From positions 31,296 to 95,295 of the forward strand of contig DASYJX010000037.1 in the NCBI GenBank assembly GCA_035996065.1: a DNA stretch of 64,000 bases, given 5' to 3'. This document shows, in pieces, positions 52,132 through 63,000 of this stretch. A model generated the notes under the pieces. It saw only the letters and a program-made list of their open reading frames with translations, searched no databases and was not told the DNA's origin. The position numbers were made by a program, and so were the translations under genes. How positions within the stretch are numbered: position 1 is the first letter of the stretch; every line of letters begins with the position of its first letter. Source of the DNA: Steroidobacteraceae bacterium (GTDB taxonomy: Bacteria > Pseudomonadota > Gammaproteobacteria > Steroidobacterales > Steroidobacteraceae).

Positions 52132-53391
52132 ATGAGCAGGCAATCATTTTCGGGACTGTCGCTGATCTGGCACAGCCTCGCGCAGCACCGCGGATGGCAG
52201 AATCAATGGCGGAAGCCCGAGCCCAAAGCCAGCTACGATGCCGTCATCGTGGGCGGCGGCGGGCATGGTCTCGGATGCGCGTACTATCTTGCCAAGGAAC
52301 ACGGATTGACCAACATCGCCGTGCTCGAAAAGGGCTGGATCGGCGGCGGCAACACCGGCCGCAACACGACGATCATCCGCTCGAACTATTTATTCAACGA
52401 GAGCGCGGCGCTCTACGATCATGCGGTGAAGCTATGGGAGGACCTCTCGCAGGTTCTCAATTACAACGTGATGTTCTCGCCCCGCGGCGTCATGATGCTC
52501 GCGCATACGGTTCACGACATACAGGTGTTCAAGCGGCACGTGCACGCGAACCGCTGCAACGGGGTCGATAATGAATGGCTGGAGCCTGCCCAGGCCAAGA
52601 AGTTCTGCCCGCCGCTCAACATAGCGGACAATATCCGCTACCCGGTGCTGGGCGCGGCCCTGCAGAGGCGCGGCGGGACGGCTCGGCACGATGCGGTTGC
52701 ATGGGGCTACGCGCGAGCCGCCGACGCGCTCGGCGTCGACATCATCGAAAATTGCGAGGTTACGGGTATTCGGCGCGCCGCGAGCGGTGCGGTCGAGGCG
52801 CTGGAAACCACGCGCGGCGTGATCCGGTCGCCCAAGGTGGGAGTCTCCGCGGCCGGGCACACCAGCGTGATCATGCGCATGGCGGGCGTGAAGGTGCCTC
52901 TGGAGAGCTATCCGCTGCAGGCGTTGGTCTCCGAGCCGATCAAGCCTATTTTCCCGTGCGTCGTCATGTCCAACACCATTCACGCCTATATCAGCCAGTC
53001 GGATAAGGGGGAACTCGTCATCGGCGCAGGCACCGATGCCTACACCTCGTACACCCAGCGCGGCGCGTTGCACATCAATACGCATACCTTGGATGCGATC
53101 TGCGAACTGTTCCCGAACTTTCGCCGCTTGCGGATGCTGCGCAACTGGGGCGGCATCGTCGATGTGACGCCGGATCGCTCGCCCATCATTGCCAAGACGC
53201 AGGTCCCAGGGCTGTACGTCAATTGCGGTTGGGGGACCGGCGGATTCAAAGCCACGCCGGGCTCCGCGCACGTATTTGCATGGACCATTGCGCGCGACGA
53301 GCCGCATCCCATCAATGCGCCGTTCACCCTCGAGCGTTTCCGCGACGGCTACTTGATCGACGAGGCCGCGGCAGCAGCCGTCGCCCACTGA
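52132..53391 (+). CDS. soxB: Sarcosine oxidase beta subunit (operon 2)
   Basis: 419 aa. Contains [23 protein letters not shown]...[16 protein letters not shown]. Collinear with 34661-35908. Confidence 0.93.
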   Translation: MSRQSFSGLSLIWHSLAQHRGWQNQWRKPEPKASYDAVIVGGGGHGLGCAYYLAKEHGLTNIAVLEKGWIGGGNTGRNTTIIRSNYLFNESAALYDHAVKLWEDLSQVLNYNVMFSPRGVMMLAHTVHDIQVFKRHVHANRCNGVDNEWLEPAQAKKFCPPLNIADNIRYPVLGAALQRRGGTARHDAVAWGYARAADALGVDIIENCEVTGIRRAASGAVEALETTRGVIRSPKVGVSAAGHTSVIMRMAGVKVPLESYPLQALVSEPIKPIFPCVVMSNTIHAYISQSDKGELVIGAGTDAYTSYTQRGALHINTHTLDAICELFPNFRRLRMLRNWGGIVDVTPDRSPIIAKTQVPGLYVNCGWGTGGFKATPGSAHVFAWTIARDEPHPINAPFTLERFRDGYLIDEAAAAAVAH

Positions 53392-53403
53392 ACGGGACAC
53401 CCG

Positions 53404-53712
53404 ATGCTCCTCATTGTGTGCCCCTACTGCGGCAAACGCCCCGAAATCGAATTCAGCTACGGCGGCCAAGCCCATCTCAAGCGTCCGACTCAACCCTCGC
53501 AGCTTGACGATCAAGCGTGGGCGGATTTTTTGTACATGCGCACCAACACCAAGGGCGTGTATGCCGAACGCTGGCGCCATGCCCGCGGCTGCGGGCGGTT
53601 TTTCAATGCGCTGCGCGACACGACGACCGACCACTTCCTGGCCTTCTACAAGACGGGCGAAGCGCAACCTGCGCTGCCCGCAGAGCCCGCGCGCGGGCTC
53701 GCACATGAATAA
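53404..53712 (+). CDS. soxD: Sarcosine oxidase delta subunit (operon 2)
   Basis: 102 aa. Contains MLLIVCPYCGKRPEIEFSYGG and ERWRHARGCGRFFN. Confidence 0.9.
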   Translation: MLLIVCPYCGKRPEIEFSYGGQAHLKRPTQPSQLDDQAWADFLYMRTNTKGVYAERWRHARGCGRFFNALRDTTTDHFLAFYKTGEAQPALPAEPARGLAHE

Positions 53713-56707
53713 TTCGGGCGGCAGCTTGCGTATACCCGGCGGCGGCCGAATCGATCGCGCACAACCGCTAAGATTTACGTTCGACGGCAAGTCCTATCAA
53801 GGGGTCGCGGGCGACACCCTCGCCTCCGCCCTGCTCGCCAACGGCGTGCACCTGACCGGCCGCTCGTTCAAGTACCATCGGCCGCGTGGCATTCTCGCCG
53901 CCGGGTCCGAAGAGCCGAATGCGCTGGTCACGGTGCACCGGGATGCCGAGCGCGTAACTCCCAATCTGCGGGCGACCCAGGTCGAACTCTACGAGGGCCT
54001 GATCGCCGAGAGCCAAAATCGCTGGCCCAGCTTGCAGCGCGACTTCGGCCGTATCAACGACATGTTGTCGGCGTTTTTCCCCGCCGGTTTTTACTACAAG
54101 ACCTTCATGTGGCCGCGCAAGGCTTGGAAGTCGCTGTACGAACCGGTGATCCGCCGCGCTGCCGGGTTGGGCCGCGCTCCCACTCATGCCGACCCGGACC
54201 GTTATGCACATCGATATGCGCACTGCGATGTGCTGGTGGTCGGCGCCGGACCCGCCGGCATTGCGGCTGCATTGAGCGCTGCGGACAGCGGCGCTCGAGT
54301 CATCGTATGCGATGAAACCGCCGAGATGGGCGGCAGCCTGTTGACGGAGACCAGCGCGCTGATCGACGGCCGCACCGCGCTCGAGTGGGTGCAGCAGTCG
54401 CTCGCATCCCTGGCGCAAAACAACCGCGTGAGCTTGCTTGCGCGCACCACCGCGTTCGGCTACTTCCCGCACAATCTCATCGGTCTCAATCAACGGCTCA
54501 GCGATCATCTCGCGAGTCCGCCCGCACGTCGGCCCCGCGAGCGGCTCTGGCAGGTTCGCGCACGCTCCGTGGTGCTCGCCACCGGCGCGATCGAACGCCC
54601 CTTGGTATTTCCCGGCAATGATCGGCCGGGCATCCTGCTCGCGGCCGCTGCGCATACGTACTTGAACCGCTATGGGGTCCGCGTCGGCACACGAGCCGTT
54701 GTCGTCACGTCGGGCGACGACGCCTATCAGGCTGCCCTCGACCTCAAGAATGCAGGCAGCGATGTCGCCGCCATCGCGGATCTGCGCTCCGAGGCTTTGG
54801 GCGCCCTCCCCGACGCTGCGCGCCGCGCCGGGATCGAGGTACTGCCGGGAGCCACCGTGCTCGGGACGGAGGGCGATCTGCGCGTCAGCGCCATCACGCT
54901 CGGCCGCGTACAGGGCGGCACCGTGCACCCTGCGCAACGCATTCCTTGCGACACGATCTTGATGTCCGGCGGCTGCACGCCGAGCGTGCACTTGTTTTCT
55001 CAATCGCGCGGCAAGCTCAATTGGAACGCAAGCCTCAAAGCCTTCGTGCCGGGGGCATCCGCGGAGTGCGAGCGTTCGGCGGGCGCCTGCCGCGGAGTCT
55101 ATGATCTTGCGGAAGTGCTGGCGGATGGTGCGGCGGCCGGGACCGCAGCGGCCTGCGAGCCACATCACGCCCGGCGCAGCTTCACGGTCGACGCGGTCCC
55201 GCGGAGCGGCGAGGCGTATCTCGGCGAGTTACCGCAAGGGAGTTCACCGAGCCGCGAGAAGGCCTTTGTCGACTGGCAGCATGATGTGACGACGCTCGAT
55301 CTCAAGCTCGCTACCCGCGAAGGCTTCCAATCGATAGAACACGTCAAGCGCTACACGACCACGGGTATGGCCACCGATCAGGGCAAGACCTCGAACCTCA
55401 ATGCCATGGCGATCGTCGCCAAGAACCTCGATCTGGCAATTCCTCAAGTCGGCCTGACGACGTTTCGGATGCCGTACACGCCTGTCACCTTCGGCAGCAT
55501 GGCAGGCATCTCGCGCGGAGATCTATTCGATCCGGTGCGCGTGACACCCACGCACGAGTGGGCAGAGGCCCGAGGCGCAGTGTTCGAGAACGTGGGCTTG
55601 TGGAAGCGCGCTCGCTACTTTCCGCGCGCGGGCGAAGACATGCATGGCGCGGTCGCGCGCGAATGCCGGGCGGTACGCGGCGGCTGCGGCATTTTCGACG
55701 CCTCGACTTTGGGAAAAATCGAAGTTGTCGGCCCGGATGCGGCCGAATTCATGAACCGGATGTATGTGAACAACTGGACCAACCTTGGCGTAGGCCGGTC
55801 CCGATACGGAATACTGCTGCGCGAAGACGGCTTCGTCTTTGACGATGGCGTGGTGGCGCGCTTGGGGCTGGATCGATTCCATGTGACCACGACGACCGGC
55901 GGCGCTCCGCGCGTCCTTGCCCTGATGGAGGATTATCGTCAGACGGAATGGCCTGACCTCAATGTATGGCTCACATCGACGACCGAGCAATGGGCGGTCA
56001 TTGCGGTACAAGGCCCGAATGCGCGGCAAGTGCTTGAGCCCCTGATTGAAGGACTCGACATCGGCGCCGACGCGTGGCCGCACATGAGCGTCGCTCGGGG
56101 ACGAATCTGCGGTGTGCCCATGCTGCTGTTTCGGGTGAGCTTCACGGGGGAATTGGGTTTCGAAATCAACGTGCCGGCGGATTTCGGTCGCAGTGTCTGG
56201 GAGGGGGTGCATGCCGCGGGCCAGGTCCACGGCGTCACCGAGTATGGGACCGAGACCATGCATGTGCTGCGAGCCGAAAAGGGCTACATCATCGTCGGCC
56301 AAGATACCGACGGTACCGTCACGCCCGACGATGCAGGCCTCTCATGGGCCATCGGTAAGAACAAAGCGGATTTCGTCGGCAAACGCTCCCTGGACCGGGC
56401 ATCGATGAAATCTGCCCATCGGAAACAGCTGGTGGGCCTGCGCACGAAGGACGATGGGCTGGTGCTCGAGGAAGGCGCTCAAGTGGCGGCAAGACCCGGC
56501 CAGAAGCCTCCCATGCAACTGATTGGCCATGTCACCTCGTCCTACGCAAGCAGCGTGCTCGGGCATTCGATCGCCTTGGGCATGATCGAAGGCGGCCGAG
56601 CCCGTCTCGGACAGACTTTGTATGTCCCTATGCCGGGCGGGGATCTCGAAGTCGTGGTCACATCGCCGGTTTTCTACGATCCCGCCGGAGCACGCATCAA
56701 TGCCTGA
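53705..56707 (+). CDS. soxA: Sarcosine oxidase alpha subunit (operon 2)
   Basis: From ORF 53414-56707, trimmed to ATG 53705, which overlaps soxD by 8 nt. Contains FTFDGKSYQGVAGDTLASALLANGVHLTGRSFKYHRPRGI. 1000 aa. Confidence 0.93.
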   Translation: MNNSGGSLRIPGGGRIDRAQPLRFTFDGKSYQGVAGDTLASALLANGVHLTGRSFKYHRPRGILAAGSEEPNALVTVHRDAERVTPNLRATQVELYEGLIAESQNRWPSLQRDFGRINDMLSAFFPAGFYYKTFMWPRKAWKSLYEPVIRRAAGLGRAPTHADPDRYAHRYAHCDVLVVGAGPAGIAAALSAADSGARVIVCDETAEMGGSLLTETSALIDGRTALEWVQQSLASLAQNNRVSLLARTTAFGYFPHNLIGLNQRLSDHLASPPARRPRERLWQVRARSVVLATGAIERPLVFPGNDRPGILLAAAAHTYLNRYGVRVGTRAVVVTSGDDAYQAALDLKNAGSDVAAIADLRSEALGALPDAARRAGIEVLPGATVLGTEGDLRVSAITLGRVQGGTVHPAQRIPCDTILMSGGCTPSVHLFSQSRGKLNWNASLKAFVPGASAECERSAGACRGVYDLAEVLADGAAAGTAAACEPHHARRSFTVDAVPRSGEAYLGELPQGSSPSREKAFVDWQHDVTTLDLKLATREGFQSIEHVKRYTTTGMATDQGKTSNLNAMAIVAKNLDLAIPQVGLTTFRMPYTPVTFGSMAGISRGDLFDPVRVTPTHEWAEARGAVFENVGLWKRARYFPRAGEDMHGAVARECRAVRGGCGIFDASTLGKIEVVGPDAAEFMNRMYVNNWTNLGVGRSRYGILLREDGFVFDDGVVARLGLDRFHVTTTTGGAPRVLALMEDYRQTEWPDLNVWLTSTTEQWAVIAVQGPNARQVLEPLIEGLDIGADAWPHMSVARGRICGVPMLLFRVSFTGELGFEINVPADFGRSVWEGVHAAGQVHGVTEYGTETMHVLRAEKGYIIVGQDTDGTVTPDDAGLSWAIGKNKADFVGKRSLDRASMKSAHRKQLVGLRTKDDGLVLEEGAQVAARPGQKPPMQLIGHVTSSYASSVLGHSIALGMIEGGRARLGQTLYVPMPGGDLEVVVTSPVFYDPAGARINA

Positions 56708-57311
56708 AGCCGCGACGCGGAGCCTGCCGCCGGTGCCGGCAACGGAATGGATGAGGCCTCTGCCGGCCGCGATGCGCTTCATTCTGCAGGGCGATGCCCG
56801 TGTACGCGCCATTGCCGCCCCGCTCTGGGGGGCAGCTTTTGCCGAGGAAGCGTGCCGCGCAGTGGCGGAAGATGCCCGCGCGACTCTTTGGCTCGGCCCC
56901 GATGAATACCTGCTCCTGGGCACCCTGCCGGGCGGCGACGATGCATCGTCGGACACCGCTGCCGCAGATGCGCTCGAGCGCGCCCTGGGGGCTCTACCCC
57001 ATGCGCTGGTCAATATCAGTCACCGGCAATTTGCACTTGAGGTGAGCGGCCCTTATGCGGCCGCCATTTTGAGCGGCGCCTGTCCGCTCGACTTGGATAT
57101 CGGCGAATTTCCCGTGGGCATGTGCACGAGAACGGCGCTGGCGAAGGCCGATATCGTGCTATGGCGCAAACGCGAGGATGTGTTTCACCTTGAAATATGG
57201 CGCTCTTTCAGTGGCTACGTCACGGGTTTGCTCGGCGAAATCGCACTGGAGTTCACGGGCGAAGGATCACCGCTACGAACCCCATCGGGCGCGGAGAATG
57301 GCGCTTCATGA
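56700..57311 (+). CDS. soxG: Sarcosine oxidase gamma subunit (operon 2)
   Basis: From ORF 56622-57311, trimmed to ATG 56700, which overlaps the soxA stop by 8 nt. 203 aa. Position and size fit SoxG. Confidence 0.8.
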   Translation: MPEAATRSLPPVPATEWMRPLPAAMRFILQGDARVRAIAAPLWGAAFAEEACRAVAEDARATLWLGPDEYLLLGTLPGGDDASSDTAAADALERALGALPHALVNISHRQFALEVSGPYAAAILSGACPLDLDIGEFPVGMCTRTALAKADIVLWRKREDVFHLEIWRSFSGYVTGLLGEIALEFTGEGSPLRTPSGAENGAS

Positions 57312-57430
57312 CAAGTCCATGACGCAAACTGATCAGCCGCTGCCCTCCACAGTGACCATACTCAAAGCTTCGATCGGATAATCCGTTACGGCGCGGCCAG
57401 TCCCAGCCTACCAACAGATCGGGAGAGACG

Positions 57431-58999
57431 ATGGACGAACAGAACACGCAAACCAGCCACGCGCGCCGTCCCAGCGGCCGCGACGCAAAGCGCGCTGCAC
57501 GGGCCGCGCGGGCCGGTGCGTCGATCCCCTACATCACGCGAAAGATTCCGTTCTACGAAGTGCTGAGCGAGGAAGGCCTTGCGCTGATGGAACACAACGC
57601 CGATACGATACTCGAGGAGATCGGGATCGATTTTCGCGACGACCCGGAGGCGATCGAGATCTGGAAGTCTGCCGGAGCCGATGTGAAAGGCGAACGAGTG
57701 CATTTCGCGCGCGGCATGTGCCGTTCGCTCGTACAGCGCACGGCGCCGCGCGAGTTTACTCAGCACGCGCGCAACCCGGCGCGCAGCATCGTCATCGGCG
57801 GAAAGAACACGGTGTTCGCTCCGGCTTACGGCTCCCCTTTCGTGCGAAATCTCGACGAAGGCCGCCGCTACGCGCGAATCGAGGACTTTCGCAATTTCGT
57901 CAAGCTCGCGTATATGGCGAATTCGCTGCACCATTCCGGCGGGACTATCTGCGAGCCCGTCGATCTGCCGGTCAATAAGCGGCACCTCGACATGGTTTAC
58001 AGCCATCTCAAGTACAGCGACAAGGCGTTCATGGGCTCGGTGACCGCGCCCGAGCGCGCCGCGGATTCCGTGGCGATGGCGAACATCGTGTTCGGCGACC
58101 AGCTGAACGATCCGGCGACCGGCCGGCCGAAGACGACGATCATCAATCTGATCAATGTCAATTCTCCCATGACCTACGACTCGACCATGCTCGGCGCGGC
58201 CAAGGTCTACGCCCGCGCCAATCAGGCGTTGATCATCACGCCCTTCATTCTCGCGGGAGCGATGTCGCCGGTCACCGTCGCAGGTACCGTCGCCCAAACT
58301 CTGGCCGAAGCGCTGGCGGGACTTGCATTCGTGCAGCTGGTCAATCCCGGGTCGCCGGTGGTGCTCGGGAGTTTCGCTTCGTCCATTTCGATGCAGTCGG
58401 GAGCTCCGACGTTCGGCACGCCCGAGCCGGCGCTGGTCCTGTACTCCATGGCCGCGCTCGCGCGGCGCCTCGGAATACCGTTTCGCTCGGGCGGCAGCTT
58501 GTGCGCCTCGAAGATTCCGGATGCACAAGCAGCTTACGAATCGGCAAACACCTTGCTGCCGACCTGCCTCGCGGGCGTGAACTTCGTGCTGCACACGGCC
58601 GGCTGGCTCGAGGGCGGGCTCGCCATGGGCTACGAGAAATTCGTCATGGATGCGGACCAGGCCGGCATGATGCACACACTGCTCGCGGGCGTGGATCTGT
58701 CGGAGAACGGCCAAGCGCTCGACGCAATGCACGAAGTCGGACCCGGAAAGCATTTCTTGGGCTGCGCTCACACCCAGGCGAATTTCGAGAATGCGTTCTA
58801 CCGCTCGCCGCTTGCCGACAATAACAGTTACGAACAGTGGGAGGCCGAGGGTTCCCCCGACATGACGAAGCGCGCCAATGCGCTGTGGAAAAAGCAGCTC
58901 GCGGAGTATGTGGCGCCGCCGATGGACCCCGCGATCGATGAGGCGCTGCTCGAGTACATGTCGAAACGCAAGGCGGCTTCGCCTGACTCGAACGTCTGA
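57431..58999 (+). CDS. MttB-superfamily methyltransferase, non-pyrrolysine type (paralog 2)
   Basis: 522 aa with no in-frame TAG. RBS GGGAGAG. Blocks are shared with 21111-22646 (ITPFILAGAMSPV, VLHTAGWLEGGL, GPGKHFLG). Confidence 0.88.
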   Translation: MDEQNTQTSHARRPSGRDAKRAARAARAGASIPYITRKIPFYEVLSEEGLALMEHNADTILEEIGIDFRDDPEAIEIWKSAGADVKGERVHFARGMCRSLVQRTAPREFTQHARNPARSIVIGGKNTVFAPAYGSPFVRNLDEGRRYARIEDFRNFVKLAYMANSLHHSGGTICEPVDLPVNKRHLDMVYSHLKYSDKAFMGSVTAPERAADSVAMANIVFGDQLNDPATGRPKTTIINLINVNSPMTYDSTMLGAAKVYARANQALIITPFILAGAMSPVTVAGTVAQTLAEALAGLAFVQLVNPGSPVVLGSFASSISMQSGAPTFGTPEPALVLYSMAALARRLGIPFRSGGSLCASKIPDAQAAYESANTLLPTCLAGVNFVLHTAGWLEGGLAMGYEKFVMDADQAGMMHTLLAGVDLSENGQALDAMHEVGPGKHFLGCAHTQANFENAFYRSPLADNNSYEQWEAEGSPDMTKRANALWKKQLAEYVAPPMDPAIDEALLEYMSKRKAASPDSNV

Positions 59000-59042
59000 T
59001 CGGCGCAAACGATGGAGCGGCTGCGCGGAGCGTTCGCCGAAG

Positions 59043-59819
59043 TCAGCGGGCCACGAAGGCACGTTCCGTCACGTAGTCGCCCGGATCGCCGACGTGCGAG
59101 GACTGAATGAACCCGCGCGCATCCAGCAACGCCGACAACTCCGCCAGCATTGCAGGACTTCCGCAAAGCATTGCGCGATCGACCGCCGGATCCAGCGGCG
59201 GAACTCCGATGGTCCCGAACAACTTCCCAGTTTCGATGAGGGTGGTGACGCGCCCTTCGTGGCGGAAACGTTGCCGCGTCACGGTCGGCACGTACACCAG
59301 CTGATTGCGCACTTGCGCGCCGAGATACTCATGGTTCGTGAGTTCCCATTCGATATAGTCGCGGTAGGCAAGCTCGCTTCGGTAGCGCACGGAGTGCACC
59401 AAGATCACCTGCTCGAAGCGCTCATAGAGATCCGGATCCTTGATCAGACTCATGAACGGTGCGAGTCCGGTGCCGGAACTCAAAAGATACAAGCGCTTGC
59501 CGGGCTTCAAATCGCGCAACAACAAGGTGCCGGTCGGCTTGCGGCTCACGCAGATCTCGTCGCCCACCTTGATATTCTGCAGCCGCGACGTCAGCGGTCC
59601 GTCGGGCACCTTGATGCTGAGGAACTCGAGAGCGTCTTCGTGATTCGCGCTGGCAATGCTGTACGCTCTCAGGAGCGGTTTGTCGTCGACACGCACGCCG
59701 AGCATGACGAAGTGCCCGTTCTCGAAACGGAACGAGGGATCGCGGGTGGTCTTAAAGCTGAAAACCGATTCGTTCCAATGATGTACGGCCAATACCCGTT
59801 CGGTGCCGATCGAAGCCAT
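59043..59819 (-). CDS. fpr: Ferredoxin-NADP(+) reductase, bacterial Fpr type
   Basis: From ORF 59043-59891, trimmed to ATG 59819, giving 258 aa. Contains RAYSIAS (FAD RxYS), SGTGLAPFMS (NADP GTGxAP) and the C-terminal ...YVTERAFVAR. Confidence 0.88.
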   Translation of the reverse strand: MASIGTERVLAVHHWNESVFSFKTTRDPSFRFENGHFVMLGVRVDDKPLLRAYSIASANHEDALEFLSIKVPDGPLTSRLQNIKVGDEICVSRKPTGTLLLRDLKPGKRLYLLSSGTGLAPFMSLIKDPDLYERFEQVILVHSVRYRSELAYRDYIEWELTNHEYLGAQVRNQLVYVPTVTRQRFRHEGRVTTLIETGKLFGTIGVPPLDPAVDRAMLCGSPAMLAELSALLDARGFIQSSHVGDPGDYVTERAFVAR

Positions 59820-59907
59820 GAAGTGACATACCAATAATTGCAACGCGGACGTCGCGCGTCCGGATTCTCGCATAGGTAAGTTGGCAGGCACTAATATCGA
59901 TTAGTTC

Positions 59908-59927
59908 GATGTACATACAGATGTACA
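59908..59927. repeat. Direct repeat GATGTACA-TACA-GATGTACA (each unit contains the palindrome TGTACA) in the AT-rich fpr upstream region
   Basis: Read directly. The 8-mers lie at 59908-59915 and 59920-59927, about 90-110 nt upstream of the fpr ATG on the minus strand. Confidence 0.5.
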
Positions 59928-60000
59928 CATAAGGGAATGTGAGCCCCCCCGTGCGCGCGGATTTTTCTAACGTATATTATTGCGCCGATGTCTTGAGGAC

Positions 60001-60034
60001 GATGGCCCTAGGTTCGTTCGGACCTAGGGCCATC
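60001..60034 (-). terminator. Long perfect stem-loop 16 nt downstream of the large TonB receptor gene; putative terminator lacking a U-tract
   Basis: GATGGCCCTAGGT (60001-60013) pairs perfectly with ACCTAGGGCCATC (60022-60034). Two further pairs close a GTTC tetraloop. No T/A run follows on either strand. Confidence 0.5.
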
Positions 60035-60050
60035 TCCTCCCGGTCCACCG

Positions 60051-63000
60051 TCAATATTTCGCGGTCAGCCCGACGAACAGATAACGCCCGTAGGTATCGT
60101 ACATCGGTGCGAGCATGTTGCCGTTGACCAGCAGCGGATTCAGATTGAAGCCGACCACGGGAGGCTGTTTGTCCAGCAGATTGTTGACACCCAGCCGGAG
60201 GTTGACGTGCTGGCCGATATCGAATCCCACGTCGAGATCGAAGTAGTCGTAGGCCGGAACCTTCGAGTCGATCGGATAGGCCGTCCCCGTGGCCAGTTGG
60301 GGATTCCCGCTGAGCTGTTCGGATTTTAGATGGCCGATATGGCGCCAGTTCAACGATGCCTCGAAGCCATTCGGCGACTGCCACGTGGTGCGCAGCTTGT
60401 GCCGCCACCGCGGAATCGGCGATGTCGGGCCCTCGCCGGTGCAGGTGGGCCCGTAGTAACCCGTGCAATCGGCAGCCGGCAGTCCCGGAACGGTCGTGAT
60501 CACATTGTCCAGCGCGACGGTGCCGGCAAATGAAAAGGAGACGGAGCCGGCCTTTGCCAAATTCAGACTCTCGAGATTCAGGACGTAGCGGCCGTCGATA
60601 TCGGTACCGCTCTCCTCATAAGAGCCGGTGTTCAGCCCCGTGGCGATGATGCGTCCCGCTGCGGGACCGGTACCTATGGACAGCGAGCCGGTGGCGTCGC
60701 GGACTATCAGGGAACAATAGATGGGGTCGCCGTTATCGAGGCAGTTATTCAACGTCGCATTGGCGGGCAGGGAGCCGATGTACTTGTTGATCTTGATTCG
60801 CCAGTAGTCCACGCTGACGAACAAAGTGCGCGCCAGGCTGCGGGGCGTCAGCACGACTCCGCCCGTCAGCGTGTCGGCAATCTGCGGCTTGAGATTCGGA
60901 TTGCCGCCGGTCAACACATTGGTCGTTGTTGCGGGGGCGATCTTGCCGTACTGCGCTGCCGATACGCCGGCGCGCGCGCACTGCGCCTGTGTTGCGGACG
61001 GAACGCCGGTGGTCGGATCGTTGGCGCAGGGATCGCTGAAGCCGAATTGCTGCACGATCTGCGAGAGGAACAACTCGTGTCCGTTCGGCGCCCTCACCGC
61101 TCGGCTCAGGGTGCCCCGAAAACGGATCGCCTCGTCCGGCGAATACTCGACACCGAAATTGTACGCATTGGCCGAACCCTGCGGCGAGTACTGCGCGAGC
61201 CGATCGCTCAAATCCAAGGTCAGCGACTTCACGAACGGACGGTCCTCGACCAATGGTATTCGTGTTTCCACAAATACCTCGCCGACATGGTAGGTACCGA
61301 AGGTCGGCCGCGCTCCTCCGGTTACCAGCAAGTCACCGGTCAGATAAGCCGCGTTCGGTTGGTTGCTGATGGACTGCGAGCGGAATTCCGCGCCGCCCGA
61401 CAAGCCGATTCCATCATCGCTGAGCGGACTTTTGATCCCATATTTGCCGAGGTCGCCGACGACTTGGCCTCCCACATCGTACTGGCGTGCATAGCCGTCT
61501 TGCGCTCCGGTTGCACCGATGTAATCGAGGGCGGCGGGCGTCACCGCACCGGCCGAAAAGATGTTGTACGGCACGCAGCTCGGATCCGACCCGTTGACGA
61601 CGGATTGGCAGGTCGGCTTGCCGTTGACATTGACCACGTCGAGCGCGTTCGCCAGACGAGTATTCGAGAAATCGTTGGACAAGCGCTCGTGCGAGTCGGT
61701 ATTTCCCCACTGAGCGTTGATATCGTAAGTCCATGCGCTCCCCAGCGCCCCTTTCAAGCCGACCAGCAGCCGATAGCTGCGATGGCGGAACTCATCCTGG
61801 CGGTAGCCGCCCTCTGCGTTGCGTCTGCCGATTTGCACCTGCGCGGTGTCGGCCGCGCCAAGTCCATACTGCGTGCACAGCGAGGCAAGTTCGGACGCCG
61901 ACAGCAGAGGGTTGTTGCAGTTGATTCCATAGGTGTTCAAGCCGGCGCCGGTCGCGGTCGTTCCCGATGGCTCATACAGCACGCTGGTCCGGTCTTCGGA
62001 AAACGTCGTTTCGACGTACGCATCGGCGGCCGAACTGAACTTGTAATGCCCGAACAATCCCGCGTTATAACGCGTGTCTGGGCGCGTCAGTGTCTGGTAA
62101 GGCGCCGGATTGTAACCGTCCTGCGCGAGATTGAATGGACGGAAGCTGTTGCCGGTCGCCGAGTCGATCGTCAAAGGGTTTCCGGCACCGCCGTTCGGCA
62201 CGAATTGTCCCGCCGGCGTCGTTCCGTCCAAGAGACATCGGTATGAGGTTGCTGTTTCGGTCAGGGTACAGCCGCCGAAATCGCGGCTCGACCCGAAGAT
62301 CGCCGCGGTGCGGCGGTATCCGGCATAGGCGACCGCATGGCCGTCGCCGCCGAACAGCTCCTTGCCGACGACGCCGGTCAGATCGATGTTGCGGCCATCG
62401 TACACGGTGTCGCCGCGCGGCTGGACTGCGCCGGCACGCTCGACGTCTTGAATGAATCGATTGCCGTTGCTCGCACGGTTAATGCCGTATTCGGTCTCCA
62501 GCTTGGCGCCGCTATAGTCGGTGTCGATGACGAAATTGACGACGCCGGAGATCGCGTCCGAGCCGTAGATGGACGAGGCCCCGCCGGTCAACACTTCGAC
62601 GCGCTTCACCAATGCAGTCGGAATCGCGTTCAGATCGGGCGACGGATTGATCGAGTCGCCTGGCTGCAGGCGGCGGCCGTTCATCAGAACTAGCGTGTTG
62701 AACGAGCCGATGCCGCGCAAGTCGGCCGTGGCTGTGCCGGTGACGGGTGCGACGCCGGCACCGTTCGCGGAATTCGTGAGGCCTGCGTTGAGCTGCGGGA
62801 AGTTGTTCAGAAGGTCCTCGGCGCGGGCCGTGCCCTGATGGCTCAACTCCGCGGCGTCCACGGTGACCACCGGACTGATGGTGGCGGTGGTCGACGTTGC
62901 AAAACGCGAACCGACGACGACGAGCTCTTCCAGCTCGCGGTCGCTATCCGCGGCAGCGGTTGCAGCAGGAGGCGGCGGATCGCCCAGAGCTGCGCTCGAG

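Noticed and set aside
59000-59042. An imperfect inverted repeat (CGGCGCAAACG ... CGTTCGCCG) between the convergent mttB and fpr stops, considered as a bidirectional terminator.
   Set aside because: The stem is bulged and short, with no U/A tracts. The evidence is insufficient.
57386-59062. A 558-aa minus-strand ORF covering the whole MttB paralog 2.
   Set aside because: It is exactly antisense to a gene with clear family motifs. The product is Arg/Ala/Gly-rich with no recognisable domain. This is a typical high-GC shadow frame.
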